Assembly: GCA_964016885.1 (NCBI GenBank)
Contig: OZ024743.1
Span: forward strand, 257,982,001-258,046,000
Source: Eledone cirrhosa
Lineage: Eukaryota
Length of the DNA: 64,000 nucleotides
Direction of reading: 5' to 3'
In this document: positions 38,211 to 52,605 of the stretch, in pieces
Layout: every line of letters starts with the position of its first letter
How positions within the stretch are numbered: position 1 is the first letter of the stretch
Notes under the pieces: generated by a model
What the model was told of the DNA's origin: nothing
Databases searched by the model: none
What the model saw: only the letters and a program-made list of their open reading frames with translations
Made by a program: the position numbers and the translations under genes

Positions 38211-38689
38211 TCTAAACTATAATAAAGGGAGGAGCGCGGGACTGCGTACGGTTTATAATTTTTATCCCATTAGTAAAATAAGTTGGATTACTTTGAATAA
38301 ATAATGAATGAATATTACATAATTTATCTACTAAATTTCGTGGCTGTTCATTAAATATATTTTATTATTTATTTAAAGATTCACTTCTTTAAAATTTTCA
38401 AATGTCAACACTTCCGGTGGCGATCGCTTAAATAAACATACTAATTTTACGTCACTAATTTTCTCTTAATGCAGTTTATATATAATATCGTCTTTTTTAA
38501 TATATCATGGATTACGTTATTGATTACATAAGACAGTGTAACACAGTCTTCGTTCAATTTCTGTGTATATTGTCAATTACGATTTTATTTGATGTATCAT
38601 ATCTACATGTATATATACCTGCATATAATATCAATATACACACTACACATGCTAGCAGAAAACCACCCGAAGGGTAGTTTTTCTGCTAG
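38211..38689 (+). mobile_element. Non-autonomous Helitron
   Basis: Starts A|TCTAAACTATAATAAAG and ends ACCCGAAGGGT..TTCTGCTAG|T. Confidence 0.6.
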
Positions 38690-39124
38690 TAATATTAATG
38701 GGAGTAAATTTCAATTATTTACAAGGTATGCAATGATAGATTCATGCAGATCCATTTTATATACTCCCTATATTTTTATATTGCTAATTATTGCCTTTAT
38801 ATTAATGTGTATATTTTTCTGAATATAGTTTTTTCAACGAATCCCACTCCTTAAAAGCCCTTGACCAATGACCTACCCATCCCAATCACTACCTTCCCCT
38901 ACCACCTTAAAACGTATAAATACCACCATATCACAATGACAGTTGACTTTCCTGATGATTTCCCTCTAATGAAACAGTTCTAGTCCTGTTGAAGGTTGAT
39001 TGAAGAGAAGAATTCGACATTAGTAATTTTCATATATGAAGTAACGTATATATATAATTATTAAGGCAAGTTACTACAATATATACATCTGTATGTGATT
39101 GAAGTTTGAGAGAAAAGAGTACTC

Positions 39125-39893
39125 TAATTCGTGGGTACACAAGAGATATATGGGATAGCAGGCAAACTAACATGTAGGGAAAAGTATGTATGCAGTAGAT
39201 GTACAGGGAAAGTTGGCAGTAGTAATCGCAGTGATAGACACATTTTTCCAATGCAGGTGGGTTCTATAGAAGTGGTTGATAGCTTCCAAAACCTAGGTAA
39301 TCAGATTAGCATGGGAGGGGGGTGTTCCGAGGCCATAGTATCTAGAATAAGGAGGGATTGGAAGAAGTTTAGGGAGCTGCTTCCTCTGTTGACAAAGAAA
39401 GGTTTATCCCTGCGTTCGAAAGGACGGTTATATGATGCCTGTGTGAGATGCGCGATGCTGCATGGTAGTGAGACATGGGCAGCAACTGCAGAGGATAAGC
39501 AACAGCTGGAGAGAAATGAAGCAAGTATGCTCCGTTGGATATGCAATGTCAATGTGCGTGAACGACCAAGCATAGATGAGTTGAGAAAGAAACTGGGTAT
39601 AAGAGGGATAAGTTGTGGTGTGCAGGAGAGAAGGCTGAGATGGTATGGACATGTGATGTGCATGGAGGATGACCGCTGGGTGAAGAAGTGCCAAGAAATC
39701 CCAGTAGGAGGAAGACGCAGTAGAGGTAGACCACGAAAAACATGGGCGGAGGTGGTGAGAGCAGACCTCAGATCGCTGAAACTCACCGAGGAGATGACAA
39801 AGGACCGTGACAAGTGGAGGGATGCTGTGCTGAATAGGAGCCATCCCACCCTTGCAAGCAGGGAAAAGCGGATGTAAAATGATGATGATGATG
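39125..39893 (+). mobile_element. 5'-truncated RTE family A (ORF 39131-39877)
   Basis: Begins inside the PHD finger (KYVCSRC), has thumb motif MLHGSETW, and ends [11 protein letters not shown] plus (TGA)n. Confidence 0.88.
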
Positions 39894-39899
39894 ACACGG

Positions 39900-40790
39900 C
39901 TATGCTTAATATTCTCTGTTATAATCAATTTAAGAATAGGATCTACACTGACCATTTCACAAACCAAACAGAGACTGCAGCTACATCAACAAAGGCTCCA
40001 GCCACCCACCCAACATTACTTACTAAATAATAAAGAGCATGAGCAGTTGTATATCCACCATATCTTCTTATAGACATATATTCAATGCAGCTGCCCCCTA
40101 CTACATCCATGCATTAAAAAATGTGATTTTAGTGAGAAGCTAACATATTCAGCCGATCTGCACCATCAAATGACACAGAGCCAGGAGGATCATCTGATAT
40201 AAACCCCCCTACTGTCTCAATGTATCTACCAACATAACCAGACACTTTCTTTTCCCTCATAAGAAAGCATTTTCACACCACATACTGTTGCTATAAGATC
40301 TCCAACAAGAATATGGTTAACGTAAGCTTCAGTTGCCTTAATAATATAGGATCACAAATTCTGAACAAGTATATCACACAAACTAACAACACATCTCGTG
40401 CCTACTGGGAATGTAATTTCAGAGACCAAACTTGATGCCCACGGTAGAATAAATGCCTGTCCAGTAGCTCATGTATAAAGCAGAAGTACAGGGAAAAATC
40501 TACATTGGACTGACTGAAAATACATATAAATCCGCTTTTCTCAACACCTGTATACATTCAATAACAGTTGATTGCAGAATTCAACATCTCTATCAAAATA
40601 TATTTGGCAATTGAAAGACAGAGGGATGACACACCCTACAATTAAATGGAGTATTGTGGAAAAGGCAAAAGCCTACAAAGGATGAGGCATGAGATGCCAC
40701 TTATTTACCACTGAAAAACTAGTTATCCTAATGTTATCAACTAATATTTTGAACACTCGGGAGGAAAATTCTACTTGTGTTGCTTCAAAC
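39900..40790 (+). pseudogene. Second Penelope-like family remnant (RT C-terminus, linker, GIY-YIG)
   Basis: Decayed translation ..PYCLNVSTNITRHFL.LIRKHF..KISNKN.VNVSFSCL, KIYIGLTENTYK, STSLSKYIWQLKD, IKWSIVEKA. Confidence 0.7.
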
Positions 40791-41584
40791 ATTTCTACTC
40801 CACTGGACACTACACTGGATAACCCACTACACCATGTATCACCCACCAGATAACGATCATTTCCAGATTGTGTAAGTGTCAGAAGACACCCTCCACCCCA
40901 CCCTGTCTTGACTCTATAGCAACCACTGCCACCCACTAAGTCTTACTAACTGTCGGTAACGAGCATAAAAATTGTTTCATATATTTCACCACTCTTATGT
41001 GTTATATGTCCTATGTCATACAATACACTCTATAATTTCATGAACTCCACCATCCTTATATTCTTCTAATCCTTATATTTTAGTTTAATTAAATATTATA
41101 TTATTATAATAATTTAAAATTTTTAAATAATAAAAAAAAATGTTAAAGTGTTTAATTTTCTAACTATTAATTCCTTTTCTTCCATTTTGTCATTCTGTCA
41201 TCTTTTGTCATCTTCCCAACTTTTCAGCTTTTCGTTTTTCCATTTTTCACTTCCCCTTCTCCCTTTTTCATATTTCAGCTTTTTAATTTTTTCCTTACTT
41301 CCTTTATTCCTCATATCTTACATCTTATATGTACCTAACAGCCACACCACCACTATCATCATCATATATAATTTCACAACATTGTTATGTATATATATAT
41401 ATTTATAAATGAAAAACAGCCTTTCTTTTAGATGTGTTGCTCAAGTTTTCAGTTTTTCAATTAGGTTTTTTGTTATTTTTTTAGAACAACAAAGTTCCAA
41501 AGTCTATGATTTAAACAACCTTTCTCGACTCTCATAATCTCATTATCCGGGATGATGTTGACTTAATTTAAACTATACCTTTTA

Positions 41585-41788
41585 TAGTAGTTGTTAGCTG
41601 TCGAGACACTGCATCCTTTAAGGCCTCCATGCTTCCCGAGATCCGCCAACACTACAGCTAACACATACACACATGTACTTCCCTGACATTTGTGTATTAT
41701 TCTATGTACTATACATACACCTTTGACGAGTTGTAGTGCACCTGAGCACTTTACACAATAATTTCATTATTATTATTATTATTATTAT
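41585..41788 (+). mobile_element. 3' end of a CR1/L2-like LINE with (ATT)n tail
   Basis: Terminal peptide VVSCRDTASFKASM, short UTR, (ATT)n. Confidence 0.5.
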
Positions 41789-41936
41789 AGATACATGTAG
41801 TCTATGAAAGTTTATACAGTTCTTTCTTTGTCAGCATTATATCATTTTCTTACTGGATTTTGAATCTTGACCATTAGATCTTCACACCATACCTCATTAA
41901 TTTATGTGTATGCTTGTTGTGGGATTAAGTTGCATA

Positions 41937-41954
41937 TACACACACACACACACA

Positions 41955-42044
<90 letters not shown>
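41937..42044. repeat. (CA)n microsatellite
   Basis: Direct reading. Confidence 0.95.
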
Positions 42045-42049
<5 letters not shown>

Positions 42050-44029
42050 TTCATTGTAACCATTTAATGTCTACTTTTCATGCTTGCATGGTGAAATGTG
42101 ATGTTATGTCATGAAGTTAGACAAGCGAGAAGACCATGTATTGCTCATACATTCCACTTTTGGGGTGTTTTTTATGGCTGGATACCCTTCTTATTAACAC
42201 CCACTTTACAGTATGTAGTAGTACTTTTGGTTGTGGTATAAGTGCAACCACCTTACTAGGTGAACTAGATGCCTTTTGTTATGGCAACACTACTGCCACT
42301 TTACAGGGTGGACAGAGTACCTTTGTTGTAGCATCAGCACAACCATTTTAAATGGTCGACTGTGTGCATTTGTTATGTATGTGTGTGTATAGCAATAACA
42401 GAAAACACTTCTCAAATCATTCCCTACAGTCTATTAAAAAACAAAAGGAAGATCACTTTGGATTATGTAGTTCTAAATCTCAGCCCCTTGGTTGGTACTT
42501 TATTTACTGATCTTGGTGAGAATTGAGCTCAAAATTCATTTAATCCAATGCTCTTAGAAGTCTTTTAATTTCTTACCTAGATTCTTGTTTAAAACGTTTA
42601 TATATACATATAAAACTTCCATCATAATTTTGTTTAAGAGTCTTTGTTAAGTTGTTCCAAACATTAACTTAATAATGAGAAAGTTATTTTACTAAATCAC
42701 TTCAAATACTTGATCACTTTCAAAATACATTAAACATTTTTAATTGTTCATACTTATATTAAAACCCATTATAATTAGGTAAGAATTTTAAAAGTTTCAG
42801 ACAGCTTAATAATGAAAATTTATTTTTACTTAATTCGCCAATATTTAAAAGAATCCTTTTAAACATTAATTAAAACATAAATATGAGAACAAAAGAGTTA
42901 ACGTTTGTAAAATAATAGAAGTTAGCATATTTTGGTCATGTGATGAGGCATGATTAAATAGAAAAGAAAGTGCTTGCAGTATACATTCCAGGATAGAGGG
43001 TGATCAAGATGGGAACAGTACTTGGGGTTCAATAGAGAAATTTGGAAAGGTTGCACAGACTAGAAAACATCATCATACTTCTGTGAGAGAAGCTACAACA
43101 CTGAAGAGAGTATTCTATGATGTTGATGGTGTATGCTCATAAAATTTATATCATATGTCTTAGTTATTTAAAGAGACTACAACATTCACTGTTGTTTTGA
43201 GCATATTGCATGAAGCCATTGCAGGAACTGCCTCGTTAGTTATCTTATAAGTAAAACAATAAATATTGCAACTCTCAAATAAGATTTCAGATCTATTATT
43301 TTTAAATCTATAACACAGCAAGAAAATTTGCTTAATGCTCATATGGATTATTTTTCCCCTCTCTGCTAATAACTATATCGTCAATATTTCTATTATAGTT
43401 TGAAAATATTTTAATGTTTGTTTTTTTTATATTTTTCGTATTATTTTTTCTTTTTTTTTTCTGATTCTATTTTCCAGATGTCATAAATCTTTACTCTGCA
43501 TTTGTTTTTTTTTAATGCTTCTTCTTCCAAAACTAAATATGTCAAAATTTTGTTAGACAATAAAAAAGAAAATATGCCAGACTAGATTTTAAATTAAACT
43601 TTGTTCGAAAATAATGTAAAAAAATAAATGTAAGAAATCTATTGTAATGTATCCTGTTTGAGTTAGTGTGAAATTTATTGGAACATTGTGAGAAATAACA
43701 TATAAACTTGCCATGTAGCATAATAGCAAAATTTAAGGAAATTTTTCTTTGTTTTCACAAAACCTTCTGCAGAGTTAAATACTCTTGATTTAACAATATT
43801 TAATCTACAGAATATTCTCAGGATTGTAGAGGTCATAATTGCAGGGTAGAATCATTGTGTTTTAAAGGATTGTTAATTAGTGTCTGTTTAGAAAATTCAT
43901 CTTACTCATCATGTGATCCTTTGTGTATAGGATAATGGGAATTGAGCCAGTGATGAATGTTATGAAGAGAAATACTAGAAGGCATATTCTTCAGCACTCT
44001 ATCAATTCTGCCAGTCATCTGTCCTTTTA

Positions 44030-44262
44030 TTTATTGACTCCCAGTGCATAACTGGTACTTTATCAACTCTAGAGAAAGACAAAGTTGACCTTGGCAGGAT
44101 TTAAACTCAGAATGTTAAGAGAGAAAACAAATACTACAATAATTGTTTCTACTTTTGGCACAAGGCCAGCAATTATCCCAGAGCATTACTGGTACTTTAT
44201 TTTATCGACCCCATAAGGATGAAAGGCAAAGTTAACCTCGGCGGGATTTGAACCCAGAACGT
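44030..44262 (-). mobile_element. Two adjacent Meta-like SINE copies (44030-44130 old, 44143-44262 younger)
   Basis: ACTGGTACTTTATTTTATCGACCCCATAAGGATGAAAGGCAAAGTTAACCTCGGCGGGATTTGAAC. Other copies lie at 48200-48285 (+) and 50095-50285 (-). Confidence 0.7.
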
Positions 44263-45807
44263 TAATGAAAAGTAAAGCTGACTTTATTGGTATTTGAACT
44301 TATAATAGAAAGAGCTGCAAAAATATCATATGGCATGTTGTCCAATGTTTTAACACATCTGTCGATTTACTTTATGAGTAACAATGTGGATAAAAATAAG
44401 AATGAATGTTGAATGCAGGTTTACCTAGGCTGGAACTGGTATGAAGTTTGCTAGTTAGTTTACCAGAAGCTGATGTAGTTGATGTTTTGCAAAGTTATTT
44501 TAATACTGATTTATTTTCCTCAGTTCTATGCACCACTAAGAAGCACTTATTTATAAAACTACACCATAGGATTTTAACTTTAACAAGAGCATCTCATTTC
44601 CAAATGCACTATTAATGTCCAAACAAGATTTAGACATTTTTTAATCCTGAAATGATAAATTGCAGGATATTAAAAATCAAATTGGACATGCTGAAACAGG
44701 AAGGATTGAAGTTGTTATAGAGTGTGATCCCAAAATATATTTTTTTGAAAATACATCCTTTTGCCGGATTTCTTGGACATGTATTTTTGTTCAGGAAGAT
44801 ACAGGACACTTGACATGATATCACAGTATTTGACCTCAACTTAAACTAGGAAATAAAACACAGAGTCTACTATACTGGTTCTGATTTTTTTGCTTGTTAT
44901 GTCAGAAATAGCCATTATAAATGTATTAGTATTGGTTCATTACTTGTCTCAAAAGAAAATAATTTCCCTTTCTTATATAGAGTACACATTATGTTACACA
45001 TATGCACACACACATATATTGTATGTATATATATATATATATATATGTTTGTATATATATATATATATGCATGTATATATGTGGGTGTGAATGTACGTAT
45101 GTGTGCATGTATATATATATATATGCGTGTGTGTGTGTATATATATATATAACAAAGGATGTTGCACAGTATAGTACATAAGTATGCAACAATAGAGATT
45201 TTGGATAACATATATAGCATATCTACATTACTATATCTTAGAAAGTCAAGGCTCGATGGCTGAGCTCTTGCCATTTCGACAGCTAATTCCAGACCTAATA
45301 AATGGTCTTATTAATTTAAAACTGGAAATTCTGATCAAAATTACTACCATATCTCCCATCACCAAAGATACTCTGCCCTTGAGGACACACCTCATATTCT
45401 GGCAACCAAAATTTTGAAAAGCAATAATAAACGAAAAAATAAGCTCTTGGCACTTCGGGACTTGTTACCTAATATTTTGTGATATTTTATTTATTTACTA
45501 CTATAACTAAGTTTATTTTATACACTTCATTGATAGTTCATATACAGGAGTTCAGATTACTGTCTAGCATAAATAATTTTCCTCTTGGGATAGTATAAAC
45601 CTATGAAAAATGCAACCTCCTTCTTCCAGGAAACATGGTAGGTTTTCAAGACATATTTTAGGGAAAAAATAGCATCTTTGACACTGGGAAGTACGGTATA
45701 TCATTATCTACACACTCACACATTGCTATTATGAATACACACATATATTTACTTAACAATATACATGCATATATATGTATGCATATACATGTATGTATGA
45801 GTATGTA

Positions 45808-45876
<69 letters not shown>

Positions 45877-45880
45877 TATA

Positions 45881-45942
<62 letters not shown>

Positions 45943-46197
45943 TTTTTTCTAAGAGTGGCTAAAAACATATGAAGTAATAAAAATAAATATGGACAAAGAC
46001 AAGAAAATGAAATACATGATCGTTCATTTTCTTGTTTTCACCCAAATCATACACATTTTAAAAAAATCAATTCAAAGTGATTATGATTAAATGAAATAGA
46101 ATAGAAATACATTTCCAATGCAAAATTATTTTTTAGCAGATGAATTTATTCACAATTTAGCTGAACATATATACATATATATCAATATATCAACACT

Positions 46198-47945
46198 ATC
46201 ATCATTTTATATCTGTTGTTTCCTGCTTGCATTTGGTTGAACTGGTCCACCTCAGTACAGCATCTCTTCACTTGTCATGATCCTTTGTCATCTCCTCTAT
46301 GAGCTTCAGTGCTTTGAGATCAGCTCTTTCCACTTCCATCCAGGTTTTCCTTGGTCTTCCTCTACTGCAGCTTCCTTCCACTGGGATTACTTGGCACTTG
46401 TTCATCCATGTGCATCACATGTCCATACCATTGGAGTCTCCTCTCCTGCACATTACATATGATTTCTCTTATACACATTTTCTCTCTCAGTTCATCCATG
46501 TTTCATCATTCTCGCACATTAACATTGCACATCCATCAAAGAATGCAGCCTTTACCAGTCCTCTGTATTTACTGCCCATTCCTCAACACCATGCAGCATT
46601 GCACTTTGTACACAGGCATGCTACAGCCGACCTTTCAATCACAGCGAGAAACGTTTTGTTGTTAGCAAGGATAGCAATTCCCTAAACACCTTCAATCCTG
46701 TCCTTATTTTAGCTGATATGCTCTTCGAGCACCCTCCTCACTGCTAATTATATCTCCTAGGTAGCAGAAGCTATCAAGCACTTCAATGGATCCTTCCTGG
46801 GATTGGAAAAGGTTTATATTATTTATTCTATTATCATTATTGGCATTGTTGGCCTTGTGTCTAAATCAGAAACCCTTTCTTTGAACATCAATGGTGCTAA
46901 GTGCACCAGTATCATTTCGAACACACTTTTTCCCAATAATATCCTGATTTACACTGACACACTGCCTTGCAATGCAGAACACCCACATTTCTGATCTTCA
47001 TGTTGCAAGAAATTAGCGAACCTCCTTCTTTCGTCCTCTTTTCATGCTATGTATACCTGTTGCCTAGCCCCTCTTTTTACTACCTTGTACTAGTCTCTGC
47101 CACCCTCATTTTTCTAGTCTTTCCACCTGTCTCTTGGCTTTAATGGCTCTATCCACTGTGTATTTTCCACACCAGATCACTCACTGCCAATCTGATGCTT
47201 TGCTCCAGCCACAAGTCTTTTCAGTAGTCTGTAGTAGGTTATCATTTAGTAACTTGCAATTGTTCTTTATGTCATATGTGTCTAAATTTTATTCCTTCTT
47301 ATATGTCTCACATAAATCTTTCCTGAACCTATATTTTACAGAAATGTTCTTTAGCATCCAAACTCTCCTCCTCCAGATTTTCCTGTGTTTCTTCTTCTGT
47401 CTTGAGCTTATTTTGATGTTGCTAAGAAATAACTTATGTTCGACAGTGCATTTTTCTCTAGGGAGAATCTTAATATTTCTAATTATCTGTCTATATCGTG
47501 TTTTAATAAGTACAAAGTCATTCTGGCTCATACTGTTTGATGGTCAGGGGGCTGGTCAGTTTCCTGAAGTTAGTGTTACAAATGGTTAAATCATTTGCAT
47601 CACATAATTCCAGGGGCTTCATTCCCTCTTCATTCTTTGGGCAATAGCCACCGTGTACACCAGTGTAGCCATCCTTATGCTTTCCAACTTGTCAATTGAA
47701 GTTACCTATTAGAATGATGAAGTCTCAGTCATCAGTAACTGAGGCTGTCTGTAAAAGTTGCTCATAAAAGTTGTCCTTTTGTTCCTTACTTAATCCTGCT
47801 TGTGGTGCATAGCTAGAGATAATTGTTGTCATTCTATTGCCTTTGACTATTTTGAGTTTGATAATTCTGTCGCTTGTTCTACATCGATTACCTTATCTAT
47901 CCACTTCTCAGCTAGTAGAATGCCTACTCTATCTACCCATCATCA
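46198..47945 (-). pseudogene. Old RTE (family A-like), APE joined to thumb with the RT core missing
   Basis: Minus strand gives GRVGILLAEKWIDKV, APQAG, FCYLGDI and GRPRKTW, with a decayed A-like tail at 46198-46240. Confidence 0.75.
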
Positions 47946-48384
47946 TTACCTACTCAGAAGATTTGTATCTATGTTGCTTGCTTGTCTTGCAGAGTTGCCT
48001 TTCCATCTCACTTCTTGAACATAGCATATATCCAATGTAATAGTGTCACTTACTTTCTAATGTATATATATGAACAAATTCTACACCAATTGTGTACTCC
48101 AATTTTTAAAAAAATATAGATAAATAACAGGTAATGTTCACTGATTAAAAAATAGAATCAATGCAGGTGACAAATTGGATTAAATGACTCTGTATTAGTT
48201 CCAGTCCTCTGTACTTTGAGTTCAAATCCCACTGAGGTCAACTTTGTTTTCGTTATTTCAGGATTGATAAATAAAAATACCAGTTTAGTGGTGGTGAATT
48301 GGTGGAAATGTTAAAAAATCAAATGGGATGTTTTGTAGTATCTGTTCTAGCTCTGTGCATTCAGAGTTGAAATCCCACCTTCTG

Positions 48385-48620
48385 TCTCTGGGAAAGTGTG
48401 GACACTACCACCTCCTCAGCACGCTGGTCTCTCATAGGAAGTAATTGGCTTAAAAGACTAGCAGATAATATACCTCTTCCTCAGTAGGCTGGTGGCTTAT
48501 GGAAAGTAACTGGGCTAAAAGATCAACAGATAGCATACCTCTGGTCTCTCTTGGGAAGTAATTGGTCATAAAAGACTGACAGATAGTGTGCCTCTTCTCC
48601 AGCAGGCTGGCCTCCCGCAG
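48385..48620. repeat. Degenerate minisatellite of about 60 bp (3-4 units) after a SINE-like head
   Basis: GGAAGTAATTGG..TAAAAGACT..CAGATA....CCTCT recurs. Confidence 0.6.
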
Positions 48621-50389
48621 GCCTAGAAGATTAGATGTGTGTAGAAGTTTTGCAGGTGAAACATTGAAGTTAGAGGCACCCTGTATCTGTCATACATTTT
48701 TTTCCATGATTGTATCAATGGCATAAATTATATGAAAGAATGAACAGTGACATATGTCTGACTGTATTTAACACTATATGGTGTGATGTATGTATGTGTT
48801 TGTGTGTATGAATATATATATGTGTGTGTGTGTGTATGTGTGTGTATGGATGTATATATATATTCAGAAATACAGAGAGACAGATGCCTACAGAGAGAGA
48901 GAGGGAGATAGAAACATTTAGAAATGATGAAAGAGAGAAAGAGAAAGATGCACAGAGAGAGATATATAAAGAGAGAAAGGTAGTGTAAATGAGTGACAAG
49001 TAAAATACTATTTATATACATTTTGTCAGTGCTTCAGAGAAGATATATTCTAGAAACTGTTGTCTATCTTTAACTTACAATCAGACATTTTACCTAACAA
49101 ACAGGTTATTTTTAGATAGATGGCGCTGTAAACCATTTTACGCATGTTTTCTTCACAACTTTGTTAACCATTCCCAACTTATTGGATTATCTGCCAGAGA
49201 TCATTTCATTCATCGCTACAACATTTCACCTTATTGCCAGTGTCGAGGCTTTTTTAATTTACTTTTTTTGTTATTTATTTCAGTTATTTTAATTTTTTTT
49301 TTTTTTTTTTTTTTATTTGATGTGTGGCCCTTCATCACAAATCAACATATTCAGGCTGCATCCATCATGGCTGAAGAGATTTACTTACATTCTTTCAGAA
49401 ATAACTATAACCAGACAAGAGAGTCCTTATTGTCTTGTATTCTTGTAAAATGGATTGTTGCTACTTATTCAGGCGACAAATTCCAAATTCTCACAATCAC
49501 AAAATAAGTTTGTATTTTTTTTTTTATCTGAACCAAAAGTATTTTGGAAACATTGTATCCATGTTTGATTTGTTGACCAAAATAATTGTCTTTGGCATGG
49601 CCAAATGGTTAAGAAGTTTACTTAGCAATCATTAAGTCCTGGGTTGGAAACTATTGTGTGGCATCTTGAGCAATGTCATTTGCCATGCCTTGCAAGTGAA
49701 ATTGGTAGACAGAAACTGTTTGAAAGCCTGTCAAGTGGATTATATCTGTAAAGTAAAGGGCCAGCCTGGTCACACCATGTGTCATGCTGAATCTCCCTCA
49801 GAACTGCATTGAGAGTACACATATTTGTTGAATGTCCAGGCATTCGCATTATTTCCTCAAGTAGGCTGTTCCATTAATCGAACGATTTGAGCTCATCATC
49901 AAATCAGACAGTGGTTCGTTCCATTCTGATTAACATTTTACTTCTTCTTTGCACAGCAATTGTATATCACTTTTAATATGTTTCTATCAATATTTAATCA
50001 ACACATGTTCAATTTCTAACAAAATCAGCTTAACATTTCCTCTCCTTATGTTAAATAATAGGTTCTAGTTTATGTCTTGGATCTAATAATGATTTCTACA
50101 AGACCAGCAATTTGGTGGGAGGGGAAGTCAATGAAATCGACCCAAGCACATTACTGGTACTTTATTTTATTGACCCAATAAGGATGAAAAGCAAAGCTTT
50201 TTGAATTCAGAATGTAAAGGGCCGTAACTCTATGCCACGAAGCCTGTTGTCCAACCCTCTACCAATTCTGCCAATCGACTGCCCTACTTGGGTCAAATAA
50301 TGAGTGTCTTACAGTCAGTCTTTTTCTTAATGCAGGGTTTATCTTTGTAGGACCTTTGAGAAGTGTCTCAATTTTGCCCTATTGTTTTT

Positions 50390-50790
50390 AAACCCACTCA
50401 TTTCTGTCTCCAGCAATTTTTAGCCATGTCTTTCTTGTTTTTCCCATTCCACCACTTCCGTCCACATTCATTTCCATCACTCCTCTCTCATAGTTAATTT
50501 CATTCTTCCTCAACACATCACCCAATCATCTCATTCCATTTCTCTTCACAACATCCACCCAGACTCTACTCCTCTCACTCAGTCACTTTCCTCAACACAT
50601 GACCCATCCATCTCATTCCATTGTTCTTAGCACTACTCCACTCCCCTACTCAACCATATCCATTTCCATTCTTTCCAATCAACCCTGATGCTCCATGCTC
50701 ATCACCCATTCATTGTTCCCATAAATCACACTTGCAGCATACACAATTTCCTTCAGTTTCAGCAACACACTCATCCACATTAACACACCG
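50390..50790 (-). pseudogene. Decayed RTE thumb fragment
   Basis: MRWMGHVLRK-like motif, duplicated, plus GKTRKTW. Confidence 0.5.
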
Positions 50791-51031
50791 CCCTTAGGTC
50801 AAATAAAATGTTTTTTTCATCTAGCAGATAAATATTGCAATCTTAGAATGCTTTCTTTGAGTTTCACTGCCATGTTATATGTCATTCCATGCACGATCAA
50901 AGCTAAATCTCTAGTTAATAATTGTCTCATTGCCATTGATTTGTAAGGCAAATGCCATATCTGTGGTTAATAAAAGGTTTGTATAGTAATTGGGAGTTGT
51001 GGTGTCACAGGGTTCCCTTCTATGTCTAATA

Positions 51032-51101
<70 letters not shown>

Positions 51102-52605
51102 GCTCCCCTCTCTCACTCTCTCTTTCTACCTCTCTGTCTCTATGCCTCCTTCCCTCATTTAATTACATTTTAGTATGTATGAGAGTCATGAAATGCAAAT
51201 ATGTGATGATACAATTGCAACAGCTTGTCAGCTACAAATCCTTTAGATTGGTGATTCACAAAAAGAGTTTTTGAGCAAAAAAAACTACCCCTAAAAAAAA
51301 AAATATGAAACCAAAAATCAAAAACAACAAAGACACTATAAATGGTTATGTGGTTAAAGAGTTAACTTTCCAACCAAGTGATTTCAGGCTCAGTCCTGCT
51401 GCTTGTCTTCTACTCCCTTGAGTTGACCAATGCCTGAGTGAAATTTGGTAGATGAAAACTGCTAAGTGTGTGTATCTGAGTATAAATATACATATGTGTC
51501 TGTGTGTGTGTATGTGTATGTGTGTGTATGTGTGTTTATAACCCATGCAAGCATGGAAAAGTGGACGTAAAAACGATGATATGTGTGTGTGTGTGTGTGT
51601 TTACATTTACTGTTCATTTATATTCTGGAACTTAGCTGTTTGACAAACAGAATTGATAAATTAAACACCAGACAAAAACATATAGGAAAAGAAAGCAGCT
51701 GATCATTTAATTCAACCAAGGAAACTAAGAATTTAACAAGTATATATACAATAAAATCACAGAGGCATCAAAATACACTCAAAAGCAGACAGAAAGTCAC
51801 CAACAAAAGATTATGAAAAGCTCACACACACAGACACGCATATTTTTATCAAATAGAAACACATGCATACACATACACATAACTTGCATGTTAATACAAA
51901 CATGCACACACATACACAAACACACATAAACATAGGTTAAGGGAGATAAAGACAGAAGGAGTGAGAGAGACAGAAACAAAAACATAAATCTACAACATAG
52001 CCAGAACTTGGAAATGCTTCCGTAAGCATTTTATTTACATTGAGTTATCCAAGATTACCATTTGGAGTTTTTCTTAACCTGATTTCAAATTTTTTTGTAG
52101 AAAAAAGATGGCAAGTGAAAAGTTAGTGAATCAGTTTTTGCTAAACCGATTCTGTATTTGTGTGATCTCAATACCGAGATCTGGGGTGGGCTCACGTGTC
52201 CAGCTTAGATTTAAAGTGATTACATCATTCTTGTTACAACCGTCATTACATCATAGTTATAACAACTGACTCAGCATTTTCCCCTTCCTCCTCTTCATCA
52301 TCATCCATTTGCATTCACTAATTCTATGGATCTCTTTCTGTTATATATTCCACTTATTCTCGGTTTCACTCTATTCTCACTCTCTTTCGTTCTCCTCTCT
52401 CTTACTTTGTTTTACAACCTTTCCCATGTTGGCTGTGTTCTTAAGGAGTTCACTTCATAACCACATAGTTCTGGGTTCGATTCCACTGCACCTCACATAT
52501 GGCAAGTGTTTCTACTATAGCCATGGATTGACCAATGATTTATGAGTGGAAATTGGTAGATGGAAACTGCAGAATATCATATATATCGTGTATATATATA
52601 TATAT

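Noticed and set aside
38945-38990. CTGATGA...GAAAC hammerhead-like core
   Set aside because: Stems I-III do not pair adequately.
42988-43131. Possible host exon (open frame between CCAG and GTATG)
   Set aside because: Weak polypyrimidine tract, unrecognised peptide and no partner exons. It would need RNA-seq support.
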